A stretch of DNA of 64,000 nt from Candidatus Hydrogenedentota bacterium. Lineage in GTDB: Bacteria > Hydrogenedentota > Hydrogenedentia > Hydrogenedentales > SLHB01. The stretch covers positions 1 to 64,000 of the forward strand of contig CAXXYE010000011.1 in the NCBI GenBank assembly GCA_963674865.2, in the 5' to 3' direction. How positions within the stretch are numbered: the first letter of the stretch is position 1; the number at the start of each line of letters is the position of its first letter. A program made the position numbers and the translations under genes. A model generated the notes under the pieces. It saw only the letters and a list, made by a program, of their open reading frames with translations, was not told the DNA's origin and did not search any database. This document shows positions 58,362-64,000 of this stretch, piece after piece.

Positions 58362-58432
58362 TCGGGGATCGGCTAGCGATAGGCCGCCTGGCTTTGAACC
58401 AGGCAACGAAGGTTCGATTCCTTCTCCCCGAG
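58362..58432 (+). tRNA. trnQ: tRNA-Gln(TTG)
   Basis: TCGGGGA/TCCCCGA-G; CCTGG-CT-TTG-AA-CCAGG; GAAGG-TTCGATT-CCTTC. Confidence 0.85.
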
Positions 58433-58495
58433 CTTTAACCGGCAGCGACGCGAACATTTCAGCGCGGCGCGTGTCACAAGTAAACAGCAGGCAAC

Positions 58496-58580
58496 GGAAG
58501 GCATCCGGCCGGATGAGGAACCTGTCTTGAAAACAGGCGGCGGCGCGAGTCGCTTGGGGGTTCGAGTCCCTCGCCTTCCG
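58496..58580 (+). tRNA. trnS: tRNA-Ser(TGA)
   Basis: GGAAGGC/GCCTTCC-G; CCTGT-CT-TGA-AA-ACAGG; long variable arm. Confidence 0.85.
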
Positions 58581-58613
58581 CTGCAAGAAACATCGCTTTG
58601 AAACCAACATGAT

Positions 58614-58686
58614 AGTCCTGTGGCCCAGTGGCGAAGGCAGCTCCCTTACAAGGAGATCATCGGGGGTTCGAGTCCCTCCAGGACTA
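58614..58686 (+). tRNA. trnV: tRNA-Val(TAC)
   Basis: AGTCCTG/CAGGACT-A; CTCC-CT-TAC-AA-GGAG; GGGGG-TTCGAGT-CCCTC. Confidence 0.82.
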
Positions 58687-58694
58687 CTTGACGC

Positions 58695-58777
58695 GGCGAA
58701 GTGGTGAAATTGGCAGACACGCGACGCTCAGAACGTCGTGCCCTCGATGCGTGGGAGTTCGACTCTCCCCTTCGTCA
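58695..58777 (+). tRNA. trnL: tRNA-Leu(CAG)
   Basis: GGCGAAG/CTTCGTC-A; CGACG-CT-CAG-AA-CGTCG; long variable arm; GGGAG-TTCGACT-CTCCC. Confidence 0.87.
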
Positions 58778-58817
58778 CCTTTTGGCAGGCTCAGCGGGAG
58801 CCTCAACCGAAACCCAT

Positions 58818-58886
58818 CGCGGGTGGGCCAGTGCTCAGCGAGGCCTCATAAGCCACGCCTGCCGGGTGCGACCCCCGGACCCGCAA
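58818..58886 (+). tRNA. trnM: tRNA-Met(CAT), initiator-like acceptor, degenerate D and T arms
   Basis: CGCGGGT/ACCCGCA-A with C1:A72 mismatch; GGC-CT-CAT-AA-GCC; T loop TGCGACC atypical. Confidence 0.55.
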
Positions 58887-58895
58887 CTCGACTAT

Positions 58896-58990
58896 AACCG
58901 CGTACGCAAACTGGCATAGCAGGCGGCGACCAACCTTCGCTCGCTGCCTGGAGCCTGGTGATTCTGCGGGTTCGACTCCCGCCACGGTCA
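58896..58990 (+). pseudogene. Leu-like tRNA gene whose anticodon arm is replaced or disrupted by a hairpin insert
   Basis: D-arm CGCAAACTGGCATAGC, T-arm GCGGG-TTCGACT-CCCGC, partial acceptor; 10-bp hairpin 58920-58950 in place of a normal anticodon arm. Confidence 0.55.
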
Positions 58991-59012
58991 TTGAGGAAAT
59001 GATCAAAGCGTC

Positions 59013-59083
59013 GGGCTGCTGGTCCAATGGGAAGACGCCTGGTTTGCACCCAGGTAATCGGGGTTCGACTCCCCGGCGGTCCA
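59013..59083 (+). tRNA. trnA: tRNA-Ala(TGC)
   Basis: GGGCTGC/GCGGTCC-A with G3.U70; CCTGG-TT-TGC-AC-CCAGG; CGGGG-TTCGACT-CCCCG. Confidence 0.88.
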
Positions 59084-59094
59084 CTGACACTGAT

Positions 59095-59180
59095 GGAAGG
59101 TAGCCGGATACGGTTTGCCGGGCCGGTTTGCTAAACCGTGCGGCCTTCGGGCCGTGTGGGTTCGAATCCCATGCCTTCCG
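59095..59180 (+). tRNA. trnS: tRNA-Ser(GCT)
   Basis: GGAAGGT/GCCTTCC-G; CGGT-TT-GCT-AA-ACCG; variable arm GCGGCC-TTCG-GGCCGT. Confidence 0.87.
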
Positions 59181-59204
59181 CTCGTCGCCACTACGGCGGA
59201 GTTT

Positions 59205-59274
59205 GCCTCGATAGTGAAATGGATGATCATGTCTCGCTTCGAACGAGACGCAGGTTCGAATCCTGGTCGGGGTG
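59205..59274 (+). tRNA. trnR: tRNA-Arg(TCG), shortened variable loop
   Basis: GCCTCGA/TCGGGGT-G; TCTCG-CT-TCG-AA-CGAGA; CAGG-TTCGAAT-CCTG. Confidence 0.72.
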
Positions 59275-59329
59275 CGGCGGAGTTCGCTGAAGAAGCTGCC
59301 GATGCGCAGCCAAGAATTCGAACGATACC

Positions 59330-59379
59330 ATGATGCCCCTAATCGACTCAGCCCATGATGACCCTAATCGACTCAGCCC
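59330..59379. repeat. 25-bp tandem duplication at the start of the 120-aa ORF
   Basis: ATGATGCCCCTAATCGACTCAGCCC / ATGATGACCCTAATCGACTCAGCCC (1 mismatch). Confidence 0.85.
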
Positions 59380-59717
59380 AAGACGGCAGATTGGCGAAGA
59401 TCCTCGGCGCCGAAGATATCCACATCGGAGACGTCGTCGCGATCCTGGACGTGGTCTACGAGTACCCGTCGTTCCTCTGGTGCGACGACCCTCACGTGCT
59501 GCCGCCGCAGGAGCCCGTCTACGTGCGATGGAGGAGCCAGCACACCAAGAAGCCACTCAAGGTGAAGGCCATCTGCTTGCCGTACATCCTGGTCAAGACG
59601 CCCAAGGGACGTCACAAGACACTCGACGTGCGGCAGTGCCGACTGGTGCGGCTGAACGAGTTCTATGCCAAGCAAGCATGGAAGCGGCTTCGCAAGGCGC
59701 ATAAGAAGAGTGGATAG
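59355..59717 (+). CDS. Hypothetical basic protein embedded in the tRNA array
   Basis: 120-aa ORF with genome-typical codon use; AEDIHIGDVVAIL...PLKVKAICLPYILVK suggests a small beta-barrel. Confidence 0.7.
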   Translation: MMTLIDSAQDGRLAKILGAEDIHIGDVVAILDVVYEYPSFLWCDDPHVLPPQEPVYVRWRSQHTKKPLKVKAICLPYILVKTPKGRHKTLDVRQCRLVRLNEFYAKQAWKRLRKAHKKSG

Positions 59718-59797
59718 TGAGTAGTGGATAGTTGATAGTACCGACAGTGGTCGCGAGAAGGAGACTCCCCACTCTCCACTCACCACTCTCCACTACT
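59709..59797. repeat. Inverted heptamer repeat tracts (TAGTGRR...CCACTCY)
   Basis: agtgga tagtgag tagtgga tagttga tagt ... ccactct ccactca ccactct ccactac. Confidence 0.65.
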
Positions 59798-59800
59798 CAT

Positions 59801-59875
59801 GGTGTTCGTAGTGTAGCGGTCACTGCATACCCGGCTGTGAACCGGGAGGTAAGGGTTCGACTCCCTTCGGGCACC
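59801..59875 (+). tRNA. trnH: tRNA-His(GTG)
   Basis: G-1 plus GTGTTCG/CGGGCAC-C73; CCCGG-CT-GTG-AA-CCGGG; AAGGG-TTCGACT-CCCTT. Confidence 0.87.
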
Positions 59876-59897
59876 CTGATTTGGATTGGAGAACGAG

Positions 59898-60494
59898 ATG
59901 ACTGCCAGATTACTGCAAAGACCGACGCTGGTCTTGAACCGCAACTGGCAGCCGGTGCACGTTGCCACCGTGGCCCGGGCGCTGGTGCTGTTGTGGAACG
60001 AGACGGCTCGCGTGGTGGACCCGGCCGACTATCAGGCCTACACCTGGGACGACTGGTCGAAACTCCGTCCCGGTGACGGCGAGCGGTTCATCCAGGCCGT
60101 CCGGTTTCGTCTGCGGGTGCCGGAGGTGCTCACGCTCAACGCCTACGACCGGCTGCCCGCGGCGGCGGTGACCTTCAGCCGCCGGAACATTTTCAAGCGC
60201 GACCGTTTTGCCTGCCAGTATTGCGGCGTGCAACCGGGGAGCGAGGAGTTGACCCTCGATCACATTGTGCCTCGCGCCCGGGGCGGCGAGTCGCGCTGGG
60301 ACAACTGCGTTTTGGCCTGCGTGGAGTGCAATAAGCGCAAGGCGGACCGCACGCCCGAGCAGGCGGGGATGCGGCTTCGCAAGCGGCCGGTCCAACCGAT
60401 CTGGCGACCGCTGTACGCGGCGCACGATGTGAGGATCGAAAGCTGGTCGAAGTTTGTCAGCGAGGCGTACTGGAACGCCGCGCTGGAGAAATAG
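59898..60494 (+). CDS. HNH endonuclease (McrA/HNH_5-like)
   Basis: TLVLNRNWQP, FSRRNIFKRD..CQYCG, LTLDHIVPRARGG...WDNCVLACVECNKRKAD. Confidence 0.92.
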   Translation: MTARLLQRPTLVLNRNWQPVHVATVARALVLLWNETARVVDPADYQAYTWDDWSKLRPGDGERFIQAVRFRLRVPEVLTLNAYDRLPAAAVTFSRRNIFKRDRFACQYCGVQPGSEELTLDHIVPRARGGESRWDNCVLACVECNKRKADRTPEQAGMRLRKRPVQPIWRPLYAAHDVRIESWSKFVSEAYWNAALEK

Positions 60495-60562
60495 CTGGGA
60501 AACGCCCGGCGCGGTGTCTGGGTGCCGCGCCGGGCCCGGGTCGGCACGAAGAGGATAGAAAC

Positions 60563-61132
60563 ATGGCCGGACGAATCAGATTCAGCCAGACGCCGCCGGG
60601 TGCGACGCGGAGGCACTACCTTTCTCCGGATGACATCGAGGTTCTGCTGGAACGTCTTCCGGAGAGGGTCTTCGAACGTTTGCGCGCGGTCCATTTCAAT
60701 GACCGTTCGGGCGGAAGACGGAGATACGGATACGTCAACCGTGGCCATCGAGAGATCGCCCTTTGCGCCTTGCCGGTCCGGGTTAGCCTGTCGGCTTGCT
60801 TCACGCGGCGGTCGAGTCGCGGGCGCATACACGGCTCGCCTCGGCAGTTCGGCGCGGTTCGCGGAGCGCAGTGGCCGGAGACGGCCGTACGACGTTTCAT
60901 GCTCTACAACGGCTTCCTGCACGAATTGGGACACTTGCAGATCGTCGATCCCAAGGCACGCAACGTGTGGCGAAAGTTCGCCAGCGAAACGAAGGCGCAG
61001 GAGTTCGCCGACGAGTGGCGGGTCCGGCTCTGGTCGGAACCGTTCGAGCACCCCGACCCGATCCACAATCCGCCATCGGACGCGGAACTGGAAAGGCTCG
61101 GATATGAACTTCTCGCAGTGACAGATGGATAG
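60563..61132 (+). CDS. Hypothetical HExxH (zincin-like) protein
   Basis: FLHELGHL followed by E..A..FA; RBS GAGGA. Confidence 0.7.
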   Translation: MAGRIRFSQTPPGATRRHYLSPDDIEVLLERLPERVFERLRAVHFNDRSGGRRRYGYVNRGHREIALCALPVRVSLSACFTRRSSRGRIHGSPRQFGAVRGAQWPETAVRRFMLYNGFLHELGHLQIVDPKARNVWRKFASETKAQEFADEWRVRLWSEPFEHPDPIHNPPSDAELERLGYELLAVTDG

Positions 61133-61231
61133 GCTTTCGGCTTCCAGTTGGTCCCGCAGTTGTACCGCCGGACCTCCGCAAGGCAGCAGTACAACCTCCA
61201 CCCCAACAGATTGTCCCTTACCAAGGAATGA

Positions 61232-61301
61232 ACGAGTGTGCTCCTGGGAGGGCAGCCAGCCTCCAAACCTGGCGTACGGGGTTCGAATCCTCGCACTCGT
61301 G
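61232..61301 (+). tRNA. trnW: tRNA-Trp(CCA)
   Basis: ACGAGTG/CACTCGT-G; CT-CCA-AA loop; CGGGG-TTCGAAT-CCTCG. Confidence 0.72.
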
Positions 61302-61318
61302 CTTTGTGATCAATGAAT

Positions 61319-61392
61319 GCCGACGTGGCTCGACAAAGAAAGGCGCCGGCCCCGTAAACCGGATCATGCTGGTGCGAATCCAGTCGTCGGCT
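61319..61392 (+). tRNA. trnT: tRNA-Thr(CGT)-like, divergent
   Basis: GCCGACG/CGTCGGC-T (Thr-type acceptor); CCGG..CC-CGT-AA..CCGG; short variable loop; T loop TGCGAAT. Confidence 0.55.
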
Positions 61393-61426
61393 CTTGATCG
61401 CAGATCAAGGTATGGATAGACAATAG

Positions 61427-61520
61427 GTCCTCGGAGTGTGGCGGATCTCGCACGCGACCCTGCGAAGGTCGAAGGACCAACGCTGCGCGTCGGTGCCCGG
61501 CTCGATTCCTGGCGGGGACA
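61427..61520 (+). tRNA. trnR: tRNA-Arg(GCG) with a 19-nt insertion in the T-stem
   Basis: GTCCTCG/CGGGGAC-A; CGACC-CT-GCG-AA-GGTCG. Removing 61480-61498 restores CCAGG-CTCGATT-CCTGG. Confidence 0.65.
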
Positions 61521-61588
61521 CTTTGGAAAGCGGAAAGCTGGGAACGGCTTGCAGGAGGTGTTCGGCTTTCAGCTTTCAGCTTTGCGAA

Positions 61589-61659
61589 GACGCTGGAGCC
61601 AGACGGCAAGGCGATCGGTTGCAACCCGATTGAAGTGGGTTCGACTCCCACCGGCGTCT
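61589..61659 (+). tRNA. trnC: tRNA-Cys(GCA)
   Basis: GACGCTG/CGGCGTC-T (U73); ATCGG-TT-GCA-AC-CCGAT; GTGGG-TTCGACT-CCCAC. Confidence 0.85.
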
Positions 61660-61705
61660 CTTACCAATAGCTCAAGAGAAACTTGAAGAAAGGACGAGTG
61701 ATTCC

Positions 61706-61782
61706 GCCTTTTCCAGCGGCGCGCTCGGCCCCGGATTAGTTCGGTTGGTCGGGTGTGTTCCGCGAGTGGGTTCTAAGGAGGC
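61706..61782 (+). ncRNA. Candidate long G.U-rich RNA hairpin
   Basis: GCGCGCTCGGCC/GGTCGGGTGTGT 12-bp helix (5 G.U), CCGGA-TTAG-TTCGG cap, GCCTTTT/AGGAGGC base. Confidence 0.4.
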
Positions 61783-61789
61783 GTTTCAC

Positions 61790-61862
61790 GCGTGGCTAGC
61801 TCAGTTGGCAGAGCACCAGACTGAAAATCTGGCTGTCGCGGGTTCGATTCCCGTGCCGCTCG
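61790..61862 (+). tRNA. trnF: tRNA-Phe(GAA)
   Basis: TAGCTCAGTTGGCAGAGC D-arm; CCAGA-CT-GAA-AA-TCTGG; GCGGG-TTCGATT-CCCGT. Confidence 0.88.
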
Positions 61863-62281
61863 ACAGGCTAACAACCTGTCTCCACCAGGACCGACGCGAA
61901 AGCGTCACCAGGGTAAGCCCGAGGGAGGTGGGCGCCGGATCGATCGGCCGCTCTTGGCATGCATGATTGCCGAGCCCGGTGATTTCCAAACGGCTGTCAT
62001 CTGTCGGTCGCGGATTGAACCCGGACGAGGCGATATGTGTCCGACAGTGGCGGCACAAACGAGTGCCATGTAGTGCGCGGATACCGCCTCCGGCGGCCTC
62101 CGGCAAAGCGATGGCGGAAACGCGGTGAAATCGGTGCCGGGTCTGGGCAATCAGCCTCGACCATGGCTGCCGGACAACCGCGAGGAGTCCGTCGCCGACC
62201 CGGGGGCGCGCCGGATGCTCAAGCCGCACTCCGCACTCCAATGTGTGATCGGCCTGCGTTCCACCGCCCGAGGGCGTTTTT
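61862..62281 (+). ncRNA. Candidate large structured non-coding RNA (unassigned)
   Basis: Many nested helices with GNRA loops and G.U pairs (see findings); ends in CGCC-CGAG-GGCG-TTTTT. Confidence 0.5.
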
Positions 62282-62345
62282 AACCACAATCGGCAGTTAC
62301 GATAGACGGCAACGACAAGTGAAGCGGAAGCCGAGGAGGATGACA

Positions 62346-63461
62346 ATGTTGAACATGTTGGTTATCAAGACGATCAAGATCAAAAGCTACGAGGTGGGCC
62401 TCTACTTCCGTGACGGTGAGTTCAAGGGCCTCTTGAGTAAGGGTCGGCACTGGCTCTTCGATCCGCTGGGCAAGGTCCGCGTCGACGTCGTCTCGACCCG
62501 CGACGCCTGGCTAATTCACGACAAGCTCGACATGATCGTCAAGTCGGGTGCGCTGGTGGACCGCGCCGTCGTGCTCGATTTGAAGGACTATCAGCGGGGC
62601 CTGGTCTGGATCGAGGGCCGGTTCAGCCACGTATTGCCGCCGGGCCTTTACGCCTACTGGACGACCACGCGCGAGATCGAGAGCGACGTTGTCGATGCCC
62701 GCAAGGTCCGCTTCGAGCACGACGACCTACCGGTGATTCTGCGTTCGAAGCTGGCCGAGCGGGTGCTGGAAACCTGTCAGATCGAGCAGGATCACGTGGG
62801 CGTTTTGTTCACCGACGGCGAGTACGTCGAGACCCTCTCGCCGGGCCGCTACGCCTTCTGGAAAGACACGGCCAAGGTGAGCGTTCTCCGCGTCGATATG
62901 CGCGAGACGATCGTCGACGTGGGCGGCCAGGAGATCATGACGGCCGACAAGGTGACCCTGCGGCTGAACGCCCTGGTGACCTACCGGGTTGTGGACGCGC
63001 GGCAGTCGGTCAGCGTGGCCGATGACGCCCGGCAGGCGCTTTATCGCGAGGCCCAGTTGGCCCTGCGAGCCGTGATCGGGGCCCGCGAGTTGGACGACTT
63101 CCTGGCCGCCAAGGACGCGGTGGCCGAGGAGGTGGAAGAGATCCTCCGCGAGCGGGCCAAGGCGTTGAGTCTCGTGATCGCATCGGTGGGTATCCGCGAC
63201 GTGATCCTGCCGGGCGAGATGAAGGACCTGATGAACAAGGTCACCGAGGCCAAGAAGGCCGCCGAGGCCAACCTGATCGTCCGTCGCGAGGAGACGGCGG
63301 CCATGCGCAGCCAGGCCAACACGGCCAAGCTGCTCGACGCCAGCCCGACCTTGATGCGGCTCCGCGAGCTGGAGGTCCTGGAGAGGGTCGCCACCAGCGG
63401 CAAGCTGAACGTCGTCTTGGGCGAGAAGGGCCTCGCCGAGCGGGTTGTCAACCTGCTCTGA
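62346..63461 (+). CDS. Slipin / SPFH (Band 7) family protein
   Basis: RBS GAGGAGG; repeated GLYFRDG...L.PG.Y.FW units, VGGQEIMTADKVTLRLN, GIRDVILPGEMK, RREETAAMRSQANTAKLL...LMRLRELE. Confidence 0.92.
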   Translation: MLNMLVIKTIKIKSYEVGLYFRDGEFKGLLSKGRHWLFDPLGKVRVDVVSTRDAWLIHDKLDMIVKSGALVDRAVVLDLKDYQRGLVWIEGRFSHVLPPGLYAYWTTTREIESDVVDARKVRFEHDDLPVILRSKLAERVLETCQIEQDHVGVLFTDGEYVETLSPGRYAFWKDTAKVSVLRVDMRETIVDVGGQEIMTADKVTLRLNALVTYRVVDARQSVSVADDARQALYREAQLALRAVIGARELDDFLAAKDAVAEEVEEILRERAKALSLVIASVGIRDVILPGEMKDLMNKVTEAKKAAEANLIVRREETAAMRSQANTAKLLDASPTLMRLRELEVLERVATSGKLNVVLGEKGLAERVVNLL

Positions 63462-63612
63462 TTAACGGAAGGTAACTTGGGGGTCGGGCGAGAGCTCGGC
63501 CCCCAAGATCCTGACCACGATCAGATTCCAACGCGATGGACTCCAGGAGCGGGCAAAACTACAATGGCGTTTCCGGCCTTGTTCTAATGAGTATCTCCAA
63601 CGGAATCGCTCC

Positions 63613-64000
63613 ATGCTTCGCATCACGCCTTGTCTCGTGTGCCTCTTGTTGTCTCTTGCAGTGTCGCACGGCGCCGAGCAAGAGAATCTCATCGTCAACC
63701 CGGGCTTTGACGACACGGCCAAGAGCGGCTGGCTTGCTCGCGGCAGGCCGATCACCCTCGATCCGGAGGGAGCGTACGGCACGCCATGTCTCCGCGTGGT
63801 GACGCCGGAAGCCGACAAGTATCCCGGTTTCTACTTCGTCAGCACTCGCGATATTCCCGCGCTGGCCAATCGCTCGTACACCTTCAAGTGCCTCGTCAAG
63901 ACCGCCCACACAGCCGGTACGGCCCAGGCCGGCGTCCGCTTGGTGAATGCCGAGGGCAAGAGCGTCGGATACCGGATGGCCGAGGAGATCGAACCGGGCC
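63613..64000 (+). CDS. Secreted protein with N-terminal CBM4/9-like domain (partial, runs off window)
   Basis: Hand translation MLRITPCLVCLLLSLAVSHGAEQENLIVNPGFDD..., open to the window end. Confidence 0.7.
   Translation, partial: MLRITPCLVCLLLSLAVSHGAEQENLIVNPGFDDTAKSGWLARGRPITLDPEGAYGTPCLRVVTPEADKYPGFYFVSTRDIPALANRSYTFKCLVKTAHTAGTAQAGVRLVNAEGKSVGYRMAEEIEPG

Noticed and set aside
59330..59379. CRISPR-like direct repeat
   Set aside because: Two adjacent copies with no spacer and no cas genes; no CRISPR array seen anywhere in the window.
61319..61392. Reading this tRNA as Tyr(GTA)
   Set aside because: Stem register centres CGT, the acceptor is Thr-like and there is no long variable arm.
62170..62195. 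GAGGAGTCC resembling the RNase P GAGGAAAGUCC motif
   Set aside because: The match is partial and other RNase P conserved regions are not in the right order; left to an Rfam scan.
62037..62345. 103-aa N-terminal extension of slipin in the ORF track
   Set aside because: Arg/Pro-rich low-quality translation across the structured RNA; a strong RBS points to the ATG at 62346.
57800..63461. Prophage or integrative element as carrier of the tRNA array
   Set aside because: No integrase, phage structural, replication or conjugation genes and no att-like direct repeats seen; both flanks are ordinary secreted-enzyme genes.

Overview
GC-rich bacterial chromosomal DNA, almost certainly Planctomycetota, judged from the DUF1549/DUF1553-DUF1501-PPC cluster, a planctomycete 'LESRQLL' export motif, sulfatases and DUF1080. 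Positions 1-57,200 are mostly glycan, sulfate and amine catabolism and secreted proteins: two sulfatases, GH62-like and GH141-like enzymes, SGNH esterase, amidohydrolases and Gfo/Idh/MocA oxidoreductases. They also hold a six-gene oxidoreductase/transaminase/deacylase operon, a BlaI/BlaR1 pair, two MITEs with nested REP-like palindromes (one splits a gene) and heptamer tandem repeats. The most unusual part is 57,400-63,460, which I read as a translation-stress island. In order it contains tandem ECF-sigma-like promoters, a 32-codon leader ORF whose stop codon overlaps an antiterminator competing with an intrinsic terminator, and an array of about 20 divergent tRNA genes without encoded CCA. 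The array is interleaved with an HNH nuclease, an HExxH protein and a small hypothetical protein, and two of its tRNAs carry related hairpin mini-insertions. It is followed by an unannotated, highly base-paired RNA candidate of about 420 nt and a slipin/SPFH gene. All calls were made by eye; no database searches or folding programs were run.
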